From: the human T2T-CHM13v2.0 reference genome, Homo sapiens
NCBI GenBank assembly: GCA_009914755.4
Contig: CP086569.2
Span: forward strand, 15,520,001 to 15,584,000
DNA length: 64,000 nucleotides
Direction of reading: 5' to 3'
Position 1 is the first letter of the stretch. Each line of letters begins with the position of its first letter. Of this stretch, positions 25,694 through 36,975 are shown in pieces. The notes beneath the pieces were generated by a model that saw only the letters and a program-made list of their open reading frames with translations, ran no database searches and had not been told where the DNA came from. The position numbers were made by a program, and so were the translations under genes.

Positions 25694-27964
25694 AAAGGCA
25701 GAGCCACGCGCGGGCCCAGCCCTGCAAATCTCTAGAAGGTGACGATATTCTTTAAAACACTTCGAAATCATTGGAAGAAAATTACAACTGGGCTCTGCCT
25801 CCTGGCCTGGGGATGTAATTAGCTGTATAGAAAACACTGTGATAACCTACTAAGGAGAGTAGCCTATCAAGAAGCTCAGGTGTTTGGCAATCAACTCATT
25901 TCTCCAAATGCACAAGTGAAGAAGGCAACTGTTTTTCTCAATCCTGCAGCTTGCAAAGGCAAAGCCAGAACTTGATTTGAAAAAAATGCTGCCCTGATTT
26001 TACATATATCCAGGATGGATATGTCTATTATTAGGGCAGGTTATGAGGGATAAGTCAAGGAACTCCTGGAACTGATGTTAAACACAGTTGTGATCATTGT
26101 TGTAAGAGGAGATGGGACACTGAAGGAGGATGTTACTGGAGTTCTTCAAAGAACAGATGAGGCTACCTTCAGTAAGATTCCCATTGGATTTATCCCACTG
26201 GGACGGACCAGTAGTTTGAGTCATACCCTCTTTGCTGAACGTGGAAACAAAGTCCAACATATAACTGATGCCACATTTGCCATTGTGAAAGGAAAGACAG
26301 TTCCACTTGATGTCTTGCAGATGCAAGGTGAAAAGGAATAGCCTGTGTTTGCAGTGACTGGCCTTCGATGGGGACCCTTCAGAGATGTTGGCATCAAAGT
26401 TAGCAAGTACTGGTATCTTGCGCCTCTAAAAATCAAAGCAGCTCACTTTTTCAGCACTCTCAAAGAGTGGCCTCAGACTCACCAAGCCTATATTTTACAC
26501 ACGGCACCTACAGAGAGATCTCCCAGTGAACCAGAATAGACCCCTGTGCAAAGGCCTTCTTTTTACAGAAGAATATTACAAAGTCTTGCATCCTACTGGG
26601 CACAACCGGAGCATGCCCTTTCCCAAGATGTGAGCCCAGAGATCTGGAAAGATGTGCAGCTGTCCACCATTGAACTATCCATCACAACACAGAAAAATCA
26701 GCTTGACCTGCCAAGCGAAGAAGATTTTATGAACATCTGAATTGAACGAACACCATCAGCAAAGGAGACTTTATAACTACAGGAACTCGAAAGGTTTGAA
26801 ACCGCAAGCTGCACATCGAAGGCACAGTGTCTCCAAGCCAGCCAGTGCACTTTGCTTGTTGCCAATGGAGCTGGGGGCTCTTTTGGCATAGACAGTGAAG
26901 AGTGTGATGTGAAGCCTGTGGAGGTGAAACTGCTCCCCAGGAAGCTGCAGCTTTTCTATGATCCCAGGAAGAGAGAATAGATGCTGGCAAGCCCCACCCA
27001 GAAAGCAGGCAGAAGACAAGTGCTCTGAGACCATACTTTAGGCCACCAGCAGGACCAAAAGGGAACAGATGCCTCAACCATCCCAACAGTGTTGTCAGAG
27101 TGTCCCAAGGGCTTTTTCATGGCAAGTAGCCTCTGGCCTTCTCCAGCAGTGCTTCCCAAAGTATACTCTGTCACCTGTTTTGCAATCAGGTTTTGTTAGG
27201 GCATATTTTATTTTGGTGTGATGGTTGACCCTCCTAAACACGGACTTTCCTCAGACTGGTTCAAGATGGAAAAGGACTTTCTTCTGTTTTCTCCCAAAGT
27301 GCAACCACAGTGCAGAGCCCACAGTGGGCTTAGGCTGCCTGGGCCTTTCCATTCTGGTTCTGTCTTTTGACCATGCTCAGAATTCTGGGGAAAATGCCTT
27401 CCTTCCCTGGTGACCTTTTCCTGTTTCTAGGCTTCTCCACAAGTGCTGCTATTTTGTGAGCTCTGGCTCCTGTTTAGCTTTTATATCAGTTCTATCCTCA
27501 GTCCAGAAATGTATATGAGGTTGTGTCCCCCTTCAGCCATGGCAACAATATTGTAAAATGCTAGTTTTTATTTTTTTAGGTAGTGCTTTCTAAATGGTTT
27601 GCATGAGAGCTACCTGGGGTACATGTTGAAAATTGATTTATTTGGAGTCCACACCAGATCTAATAACTCATTTTGGGGATAAGGCCCAGGAATCTGCATT
27701 TTTTAAAAGTTGGCCACCCTTTCCAGGTGATTCTGTAAGTTGTCCCTCAATGCACTTGGAGAAATAGTGTTTTAAAGCAGTGGTCCACAAAGTATTCTGC
27801 TTGTGTGCCCCCAGAAGTATTTTGAAAAATCATGTATTCCCTTACCCATCTAAGTTGATATCTAAGATTGTTCATGGGACATTAAATAGTTGACATAATT
27901 TGTATTTGCTGCTTTCACGTAAATATTGGTATTTTAAAATAAAAACTGTTATATCAAAAAAAAA
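25694..27964 (+). pseudogene. AGKP1: Processed (retroposed) pseudogene of AGK, acylglycerol kinase. It covers the 5'UTR, the full-length CDS homolog (about 25739-27002) and the 3'UTR, with an AATAAA signal and poly-A tail. It is disabled by loss of the ATG, several in-frame stops and frameshifts, and is probably the annotated chrY pseudogene AGKP1
   Basis: The conceptual translation, allowing stops and shifts, reads VTIFFKTLRNHWKK.T.GLCLL.WG...[43 protein letters not shown]...[139 protein letters not shown]...PVQRPSFYRRILQSLASYWAQPEHALSQDVSPEIWKDVQLSTIELSITTQKNQLD...EDFMNI...CLQASQCTLL...GAGGSF.IDSEE...PVEVKLLPRKLQ.F.DPRKRE.ML.SPTQ. This is the AGK/MULK protein as I remember it. There are no introns. 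AATAAA lies at about 27937-27942 and an A9 tail at 27956-27964. The flanks carry a degenerate TSD, aagaagagacagacacagg versus aagaagaagata...acaagg. I give the symbol AGKP1 from memory of a Y-linked AGK pseudogene near NLGN4Y and it should be verified. Confidence 0.85.
27937..27964 (+). terminator. Relic polyadenylation signal (AATAAA) and poly-A tail of the retroposed AGK mRNA
   Basis: ttttaaaataaaaactgttatatc then aaaaaaaaa at the pseudogene 3' boundary. Confidence 0.6.
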
Positions 27965-28270
27965 GAAGAAGATATGCAACGACAAAGACAAAAACAAGGA
28001 GAACACCATGTGAGGATGGAAGTAAAGATTGAAGTGATTCATCCCTAAACTAGGGAGCACTGTTGAAAACTATGAGGAACTAAGAACAGAAGCATGAAGC
28101 ATGAAGCACAATCCAAGACAGAAGCATGAAATGGATTTTCCTTCAGAGCCTCTGAAAGGAAGCATCTTAATTTTGGACTCTGCTCCAGAACAGTGAGAGA
28201 CTATAAGTTTTTGTTGTTTCAAGTCAGCAAGTTTGTGGTAATTAGTTACAAAGTCCCAGAAATGAATGCA
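27965..28270 (+). mobile_element. ERVL-MaLR LTR (MLT1-like), 3' half, plus strand (partner of 25495-25693)
   Basis: gaacaccatgtgaggatggaag...cttcagagcctctgaaaggaagcatcttaattttggactctgctccagaacagtgagagactataagtttttgttgtttcaagtcagcaagtttgtggtaattagttacaaagtc matches the MLT1/MST 3' end (AACACCATGTGAGGACACAGC...CCTTGATCTTGGACTTCCAGCCTCCAGAACTGTGAGAAATAAATTTCTGTTGTTTAAGCCACCCAGTCTGTGGTATTTTGTTATAGCAGC). Confidence 0.7.
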
Positions 28271-28974
28271 GTCTGGATTAGGTATATTCTGTATATATAA
28301 GCTGCCTAAGAATGCCAGAAGCCAGAAGAGGTGGTGTCTGCATTTCTGGTTCCTAAAATCCTCTCTCAGTACCCACTGTTCTGTCCGTGGCAAAGCTCTC
28401 CTGACACATTTTTAGCCTTTAGGCTATGTCCTATTTCCCCTGTCCACTAGGGAAGTAGTTCTTGAATTCCCGCCTCCCAAGGCTGGCATTTTACCAAGTG
28501 AAAGACACTGCCTTTGTGCAACTCCCTCCCCTTTGAGTGTAGGGAGGAAATAGGATTTCCTTCTGTCTCATGGAATATGATAGAGGTAATGGAACACCAC
28601 TTCCATGATTACGTTATATAAGCATATAAATGTGTCTTCCTAGCATACCCTTTCTGTTGCATTCTTGGTTTCCATGCTTTGATGAAATGAGCAACCATGT
28701 TGAACAGGTGCAAATGTCAAGAAGCTGACAGCTGCCTCTGAACAACAGCCTGCAAGGAACAGAGGCATTCAGTCCAGCAGTCCACAGGACATTGAACTCT
28801 GCAAACAAGCGTGTATGTTTGGAAGTGAATCTTCCTATGTCAGCTTTAAAATGAGACCCCAGCTCAGGCCAACACCTTCATCAGTAAGAGACTTCAAAGC
28901 AGTGGGTCCAGCTGAGCTAGTGCCTAGATTCCCAATAAGCAAAAACTGTGATAAAGTAAATACATTAATTTGAA

Positions 28975-29112
28975 GCTGTTTAAGCCTACTGGCCCCACCC
29001 AGTCTCTTCCCAACCCTGGAGAGTACATTTCAATCTAGGTGTCTCTTTCCACTGGATATAGACATTGGTTGGCATGCAGCTAAAATCAGGCCAATATGCA
29101 TAGTTGCATATT
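28975..29112. repeat. Left arm of a ~135-bp inverted-repeat pair (partner at 29705-29845)
   Basis: tttaagcctactggccccacccagtctcttcccaaccctggagagtacatttcaatctaggtgtctctttccactggatatagacattggttggcatgcagctaaaatcaggccaatatgcatagttgcatatta. The reverse complement of 29705-29845 is about 90% identical. Confidence 0.75.
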
Positions 29113-29179
29113 AATTAAATTTGTGGTTATTTGTTAGAAAGTAGTCAATAACTGTGGCATAATAAGCAAAAAGTGGATT

Positions 29180-29345
29180 TCAGCTGAGTACAGTAGCTTG
29201 CACCTGTAATCTCAGCTACTTGGGAGGCTCAGGTGGGAGAATTGCTTGAGGCCAGGAGGTTGAGGCTGCAGTGAGCTATGGTAGCGCCAATGCAATCATA
29301 GTTCACTGAAGCTATGAGCCTGGGAGACAAAGCAAGACCTTCTAT
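29180..29345 (+). mobile_element. Alu right-monomer fragment, plus strand, lying between the inverted-repeat arms
   Basis: gcacctgtaatctcagctacttgggaggctcaggtgggagaattgcttgaggccaggaggttgaggctgcagtgagctatgg...gcctgggagacaaagcaagaccttctatttaaaaaaa. Confidence 0.75.
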
Positions 29346-29704
29346 TTAAAAAAATACATGGATTTCAAAAGTTGGACAGATTGTAACCCAAATTCTACAT
29401 AGATACCATGTCTCCAATGGAGGGATATATATTTTTAGGTTTTGCAATCTTAGGAATAGTTGGCAAGTGAAAGAAATTCTGGTTAAATTGACTTAAGGGA
29501 AAAGAAGAGATTTTCAGCCTCCCTTTACTAGCAGTACATTTAATTTAGAAAATAGTGTCCTCAGGTTTAATCATTGCCGTTAGGAACCTGGCACTTTGGT
29601 GCCATGTTTCTTCTTTTGGCTTTCTCAGAGACGCTGTCTTTGTGTGGTGGTAGGCAGTCAACAGCATTTCCTTGTATGCCATTGTTTCCTCAGAAAGCAA
29701 ATTG

Positions 29705-29845
29705 GCCCAGTAACTGTGCATATTGGCCTAATTTTAGTTGCATGCCAACCAATGTCTATATCCAATGGAAAGAGACACTTAGATTGAAATGGCCTCTCCA
29801 GGGTTGGGAAGAGACCGGGTGGGTCCAGTAGGCTTAAGCTGGATG
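29705..29845. repeat. Right arm of the inverted-repeat pair
   Basis: attggcccagtaactgtgcatattggcctaattttagttgcatgccaaccaatgtctatatccaatggaaagagacacttagattgaaatggcctctccagggttgggaagagaccgggtgggtccagtaggcttaagctg is the reverse complement of the left arm with about 10% divergence. Confidence 0.75.
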
Positions 29846-31806
29846 CAAGTAAGATTGCTCCCCAGAGGAAAATTGAATGCTAGGTAAGCAAAACTCATTG
29901 ATGTCCATTGTCATTGCTCAAACTGCAAATAGTCCCAAGGAAGAAAGAATGGCATGGGTGCTTCATGGACGAGACTAACTTGGGGGAAAAATCTTACCTA
30001 GGATGTTTCTTTTTTTTTAGCTGAAAAGAAGCACTTGGACATTCAGAAATGAGAAAACTTGTTTATTAGCTGCTGTTGTTGGTTTGTAAACAGCTGTAGC
30101 TTTTAGTGACATATAGAAATAACATGACAGGAACAGATGAGGATATTTCTATTATGATGTTATACAGGCAGTTCTATGTTGGGAGTCATCCTCCTGGGGC
30201 AATCCTGGATCTGGAAGCTGTCAGCTGGTGGCAAATTAGAGATAGCTTGAGATTTAATGCCAGATGGGAAACATGACCTCAAATGAATTAGGGTCTTTAG
30301 TCCTGGGTGTAATATGCTGTGCCTGACATCTCTTTTAAGAGTTCTAACTGAAAGTTTAGGTTTACTGTAGAATAAGCCAATTTGGGGAGCTCATCTTGTG
30401 AACATGAAAATGAATTTGGACAAATTTCAACCTAAGCCTTTAGCACAGTTAAAGTTTGGAAAGAGTTTCATTGTAGAGCGTTAGGCAATTGGCTGACAAA
30501 AGAGCATCCAGTTTTTTCTCAAGGAATTCTGCAAAAAGCAAAGGAGGTCCTACTCAGCCATCCTCCTTTTTCAGCTTAGTGGACTTGTTTGTGAGATTGT
30601 GCTGTGAATGGGTTCTCAGGCTGGTGATAAAACCTCATCTTCAATTCTTGTGCAGCTTTGTATAAGTCCAAAGAGGCACCACTATATCCTTACTACATGA
30701 AGTGTCATTGGGTTGTTTGTTAATGTTTGTTTCCATATGGGCCCCAGGCATTAGCAAACATGTAGTTTATTCATTTATTTATTCACTCAGTGAATATTTA
30801 TTGAACCTAATCTAATTTTCAGGCCATTTTGCTAAATGACATCCTATCACTTTTATTGAAAGCCATAGAGGGGAAATTGCACAACTAACTGGAACCATTT
30901 AGTATAATCATTGCAATTATGCAGCAAGCTGGGGAGGTATGAGAACATCTGGGAGGAGTATGTATCCGAGACTGAGAGAGTGAAAATGCAGTAAGGAGAA
31001 ATTTGACGAATGAGTCACTGACCAAATTGCTGGGAGGAAGGTCATTTCAGGCAAAGAGAAGAGTGTGTTCAAAGCTGAAGTCTAGAGCCTGACATTAATA
31101 TCGATTCTCTTAGCTAAGTTGTTTATGAAACTGAAGTTTGTGAATTTGAAGCCTGAAATGTCTGAAGTGTAGTCAATGTATGGTCAGTTAATCTCAGAGC
31201 ACATCCTTCAGTCATCAGTGGAACTAGAGATAATATATTGACATATGTGCTCTAATGAAAGCTGAGAAGCTCAACCGGGACAAGTGTTTATCTAAAAGGG
31301 GGTCTGACCTCCTTTTAGAAATGGGAAGCAAGTGTGGACAGCATAACCCATAGACCAAATCATTCACACTTTCTGTCGGTTTTTACCAAAGGGTTTAATG
31401 GAACACAAATACACCCATTTATTTACGTAGTGTCTGTGACTGTTTTCACACTACAAAGGCAAAGTTGAGTTGTTGCAAGAGACCATGTGGCCTGCAAAGT
31501 CTACAATACATACAATCTTACCCTTTATTTTAAAAAGTGTTCTGACACCTGATGTAAAGGACTGGCTTCATGAAGTCAAGTGGAGATCTTCTAAGTTACC
31601 ATATAGACATGAAAGGAAGAGTACAGAAGTTCCATGATGTACAGCAGTGGTTTACAAATTGGCTATGAATGTTTTCCAAATGCAGATTCCTGGGCTCTAT
31701 CCAGGCTTCCAGTGAATCACAAAATCTGAGGATAGGGCCCAACAATTTGCATTGTAGTGGCCTTGTAGGTGATATTGATGGCAAAAATTTGAAAATTGGA
31801 CCTGAA

Positions 31807-32113
31807 TTTTTTTTTTTTTTTTTTTTTTTTTTTGTGACGGAGTCTCACTCTGTTGTCCAGGCTGGAGGACAGTGGCGCAAATTTGGCTCAGTGCAAGCTC
31901 TGCCTCCCATGTTCACACCATTCTCCTGCTTCAGCATCCTGAGTAGCTGGGAACTACAGGCACCCACCACCCCCGGCTAATTTTTTATATTTTTTTAGTA
32001 GAGACGGGGTTTCTCCATGTTAGCCAGGATGGTCTCGATCTCCTGACCTCATGATCCACCCACCTCGGCCTCCCAAAGTGTTGGTATTACAGGTGTGAGC
32101 CACCGCACCTGGC
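31807..32113 (-). mobile_element. Alu (AluS/Y-like), minus strand, with a long poly-T
   Basis: A T27 run then gtgacggagtctcactctgttgtccaggctggaggacagtggcgcaa...cagcatcctgagtagctgggaactacaggcacccaccacccccggctaattttt...ctcccaaagtgttggtattacaggtgtgagccaccgcacctggcc. Confidence 0.9.
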
Positions 32114-32439
32114 CTGAAATATTTTTTAATCCAAATATAAACAGATACTCCTTTCTGCCATTAATAAACAATTAGGGAAAAAAAAAGATAAAAGCCTGTT
32201 TTTAAGACCATTGTCCATATGGCTTACACAAGATAACTTCCTGAAGTGACCTCTAAGACGAAATAGTTGCAAAGTATTTCTGTGTTCAATTAAATTAAAG
32301 CGTGGGCAAAAAGAAATTATTAGTTGTAGATATTTAAAATCAAATCAGTTTAAACAAAACACTGTCAACACAGCAGCCAAAGAACATAATCAATCAAAAG
32401 ATGAATAAATATACACAGTTATACAGCACTACTACTACA

Positions 32440-32760
32440 TAATGATGATTATGATGGTGATGATGAGGATGGTGATGAGGAGGATGGTGATGATGGTGAT
32501 GATGATGATGGTTATGATGATGGTGATGGTGATAATATGGTTGATGAGGATGGTAAAAGTGTTGGTGATTTTGATGATGTTGGTGTAGAGGATGGTGAAG
32601 CCATGCTAATATGTTGATGCTGATGGTGATGATGGTGTTGGTGATGAGGATGCTGAAGGTTACGGTGATGATGACCAGATGACGATGGTGCTGCTGATGA
32701 CAGTGATGATGGTGATGGTCATGATGATGACAGCAATGAAGATAACAAATACTGTGATGA
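32440..32760. repeat. Degenerate (GATGRT)n hexamer minisatellite, about 320 bp. It produces a spurious His-rich ORF on the minus strand
   Basis: gatgattatgatggtgatgatgaggatggtgatgaggaggatggtgatgatggtgatgatgatgatggttatgatgatggtgatggtgataat... read directly. The ORF at 32394-32909 on the minus strand (HHHHHH runs) is an artefact of the repeat. Confidence 0.85.
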
Positions 32761-34786
32761 TTGTTTTGGTGATAATAGTAATAACTGTAGTGATGGCCTG
32801 TTTCTACATTGCAATCTCTATTTCTCCCCCAGTCTCCATACAAACAGAACCACCTTAGAGACATTTCAAACTTACCATATTCAAAATGCAGCTGCTGCTT
32901 TTGATACAATGAATGCCCTTCTGTCGCATTTTTACTATCTTAGGAGAATTCACACCATCTCCTCATCATTTAATGAGCCAAATGTGCTAGCTGCTGATCC
33001 ATGTGTCTGAATGGCTGCCTTGAGGAATTGGGGTCCTACAGTGAGCAGCAATGCTGGACTAGGGCAAGGATGAATAAAGAAGGGATGAGTTCAAGTTGTT
33101 GGGGGAAAACAGGGCAGCCAACTCTATCTGGAGCTCTCAGATGGGCTTAGTGTTGGTGAAGATATTTCCAAAGACATTTTGAAGACTTGGAGGTATGTTA
33201 TCAGGCAGAACAGAGCTTCTAACTAAGAGCAATTTTGGACCTGCTGTACAGGACAGCCTCCAACCCACACAATGATCTGGCCCCTAATGTGAACATTACT
33301 GAGGTAGAGATAACATGAGGTAGACTATAGAAGTCTATAGAAAAAGAGAATCTGAGCAAATTGTGCTAGGGGAACACTGAAGAATGTGGAGCAATTGAAC
33401 AAATGCCTGTGCAGACATATTGGTACAAAATTGCAATGGAGCACCAATGGGACAGGAAAAAGGGACAAGTCCTACAATATACAGTTCTTGACCATCCCTG
33501 AAGTGCACCAAAGCTACAGAAGTTGGTGTGCGTGAATTGTCTCATTGATCCTGTTTGGTAATTACCATGTTGACTGCTGGAGTCCCATGAAGGAACATTT
33601 TTAAGCAGCAAAGTGACAAGCTCTGATTTGCATTTTGAGATTAATGACTCAGACAACCAGTTATTTGTTAACTTGCTGGATTCAGCCTAGGAAGACATCT
33701 AGAGGGTGTAATTTGATTTATTTTGCAGAGGGATGATTGGCCTCTACATTATCTTGGTACACTGCCTGAATTTCTGAACACCACAGAATTATGTATTTGG
33801 CATATGGCCATCTCATTTCTAAGACCCATCAAAGATGTGAGAATGGATTAGATGTGGAACAAGTTGAAGATTAGATTAGTTTATCAGATGATTAGCATGC
33901 CATGCTAATTTATCAAGACATGGGATATTTAAAGAAGGGGAGAGTAACATATGTATGTAACATATAGAGGGAAGATAGGAGACCTTTGTCTCAATTTCTT
34001 TTTTCATAATGAATCAGTAAACCTATTGGTAGATAAAGTTTAGTTTTAATTCTGCTTTCTAAGTTAGGCTGCAAAATATTTTTTATCAGTACTCTCTGAA
34101 ACTGACTGTCATGTCAAGACTCTAAAAGAGTATCCATAGTTATATTTAAAAATAAAATATCATCTTTTCATCTTATGTAGAACAACGTCTGTTTACTACT
34201 GCTTGGAATACAAAGAGGAATTTAGCTGTGGCCATTAGAAAGTGACAAACAGTGTTTCTTCCACTATGCCATAATTATAGTGAGAGGAAAGCATCAAAAA
34301 GAAAGTTCTTTTATATACAGTTGGCACAAAAATATTCACATATGTAAATAATATAAATAATGCACCATAAAAAGAAAACCTTCCATTACTATTAACAAAA
34401 TTAATCAGTTGTCATTACCATGGGATTTAGGATACATCTTACATGTTCTTGGTTAGATTCATGAGTCAAAGAATAATGCCCAATTGATGAAAGTGGGCTG
34501 TAATTTTGTGCTTTTAAAACAATGGCCTCTGGCCAAATATGGGCAAAATAAACAACATTTGATTTATTACTTTACACTGATTTCTTGCATCCTGCTGGAA
34601 AAGAGAGATGACTTACAATTATAACATATTTTTCCTGCAAGATTAACATCATTGTTGCCAGTTTTATAGAAGAAGCAGGAAAGTGGGCTTGCAATGATTT
34701 ATTATGAATGCATGAAACAATTAATGCTACTAGCAACAGAGTTTTAATAGGAAAAAGTTAAAGCACACAGTATTAAAAATAAAAGG

Positions 34787-35125
34787 GGCTGGGTGCAGTG
34801 GCTCATGCCTGTAATCCTAGCAGTTTGGGAGGCCCAGGCGGGCAGATCAAGACCAGCGTGACTAAAATGGTTAAACCCATCTCCACTAAAAATACAAAAA
34901 TTAGCTGGGCATGGTGGTACATGCCCGTAATCCCAGCTACTCAGGAGGCTTGAGGCAGGAAAATTGCTTGAACTTGGGAGGTAGAAGTTGCAGTAAGCCG
35001 AGATGACACCACTGCATTTTAGCCTGGGCAACAGAGCAAGACTTCATCTCAATAAATAAATAAACAAATAAACAAACAGAGCAAGACTTCATCTCAAGAA
35101 ATAAAAAAATAAAATAAAAGGGAAA
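34787..35125 (+). mobile_element. Alu, plus strand, with a ~45-bp tandem duplication in its tail region
   Basis: ggctgggtgcagtggctcatgcctgtaatcctagcagtttgggaggcccaggcgggcagatcaagacc... and the tail cagagcaagacttcatctcaa occurs twice (35027-35047 and 35078-35098). Confidence 0.85.
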
Positions 35126-35359
35126 AGTTGGTATCAAAATTGTGTCTGATTTAGGCAAGGTTTATACCTCCATGGATGGCTTTTTCATAACAATAATTGT
35201 ATTGACATTGGGGGCTTTTCCGTGTTTCAGAGATTTTCATGTGGATTTCCAATATGGTAAAATATATAATATTGTTATATGAGGGAGTGATGGAAAATCC
35301 CATCAACGTTGGCATTTTTTAGAAAGAAAAGAAGCTTAGGGAATATTTTAATGATTTGG

Positions 35360-35663
35360 GGCTAGGTCTGGGGGGGTTCATGCCTGTAATTCCAGTGTTT
35401 TGAGAGGCTAAGGAGGGAGAATGATTTGAGCTCTGCATGTTTGAGACATCATAGGCAACATAGCAAAGCCTCATCTCTACAAAAAACAAAAAGTGAGCTG
35501 AGTGTGATGGCAAGCATGTGCTGGCAATCTCACCTACTAGGGGAGGCTGAGGTGAGAGAATCACTTGAGCCCAGGAATGCCAGGCTTCAGTAAACTGTAA
35601 TCACATCACTGCACTCTGGACTGAGCAACAGAGCAAGAACCTGTCTCAAAAAAAAAAAAAAAA
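35360..35663 (+). mobile_element. Old Alu (AluJ-like), plus strand
   Basis: ggctaggtctgggggggttcatgcctgtaattccagtgttttgagaggctaaggagggagaatgatttgagc...ctactaggggaggctgaggtgagagaatcacttgagcccaggaatgccaggcttcagtaaactgtaatcacatcactgcactctgg...ctgtctcaaaaaaaaaaaaaaaa. Confidence 0.85.
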
Positions 35664-36849
35664 TTGATATTTTCTTTCCCCCACAGTTGTCATATACAAT
35701 GAAAACTGTATATTTAAGCCAAAATAGGTTTTGTAAACATTTAACTATTAAAAAAGAGTCAGGCTTGCACATAGATACATGATATTGCTTTGATTTCTTC
35801 AGTTTTCACCTGCCCTGGTATGAGACCCATGAAGTAAGCATTCTTCTGGGCACAGAAATTATACTCCTAAACGTATTATTTATTAATATATAATGGAAAG
35901 AGAAACATTTCAAAAATAAAGACAAATTAAGCTTTAATGAAAAGCAATCATACACTGATGAATTTAAAGTTTTGGAGCAAATACTATTGTGTTTGATATC
36001 TATTAGTCTATTTAACTAGTGAAATATGAGCAACGCAAAATCAAACATCAATAGAAGGTTCCAACTAAGCTTGTTTCTCATATGGTTTCTCTGCCAGTTC
36101 AGACCTCAAGAGTACCTCCTGTCTACAAAGTAGACTCTCTGCCCCACACACTGATTTCCAGCCTTTTCTGTTTCATGGGGTGACTTGCTGACCTTCTATG
36201 CATGGGTAATAGTACTCTGTTGACAGGCAAGAGTTGTGTCTTCCACTTGGGTCTTCTAATCTGCTAAAGAAAGCAACACACAAAATATAGCTTACAATAA
36301 TTATCTGTCAAATTTACGTCAATCACAATGTGGATGGTAGATCAGTGGTTTCTCTTATGTCTTGAAAGGAAGACTTCAATTTTCTCTGCAGCCGTGGTAC
36401 TTTATAAATTATTTCCTCTTCCGTCTTTTAAAAGTCACTCTTATTTACCACCCCATTAGCCACGGATTCAGTGAAATGCCCACGCATGCAGTGTTGGAGT
36501 CACACATTATTTCAGAAGACCACACAGCAGTAGGTAGTATTAAATAAATGTCTGAAATGTGAGCCAGGAATGTGTTTTTACTGGACTGTCATTTTCTTGC
36601 AGGCTCATTTGTATAATTCACTCCAGTGCATCTCAGTTTTATTTCCTATTATGCAAAATAGAAGATAATGATAGGTTAGCACATTCTCTGCTGATACTAT
36701 TTACATTCGTGTAAATAGATATTGCTAGGGGTGTGTGCCTCAGACTATCCCATCCTTCATAGGGCCCCATGTTTCAATTTTCTAATAACCCATCTAAGAC
36801 ACCTAGGCACACAGGGGAGAATACTCTGATTTAAACAGTCCACCATAAG

Positions 36850-36975
36850 CCATACACAGTGGTGCACCATGTGGTCCCAGCTACTCAAGAGGCTGAGGCC
36901 AAGATCAGATGAGCTCAGGAGTTCAACACCAGCCTGGGCAGTATAGCAAAAGCCTATCTCTAAAAAATAAAAATA
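36850..36975 (+). mobile_element. Alu fragment (right-monomer portion), plus strand
   Basis: ggtgcaccatgtggtcccagctactcaagaggctgaggccaagatcagatgagctcaggagttcaacaccagcctgggcagtatagcaaaagcctatctctaaaaaataaaaataaa. Confidence 0.7.

Noticed and set aside
26075-26341. 88-aa ORF with strong similarity to a lipid-kinase (DAGK-like) catalytic domain (GDGTL...)
   Set aside because: It is one surviving open segment of the AGK processed pseudogene. The flanking AGK-homologous sequence carries stops and frameshifts and the initiator ATG is mutated.
30760-30800. ttcatttatttattcactcagtgaatatttattgaacc motif reminiscent of a MIR SINE 3' end
   Set aside because: It is too short and diverged to call confidently by eye. 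It is left unannotated pending RepeatMasker.
32394-32909. 171-aa His/Tyr-rich ORF (minus strand)
   Set aside because: Pure artefact of the (GATGRT)n minisatellite read in the ATC/ATG frame; there is no start context or splice signals.
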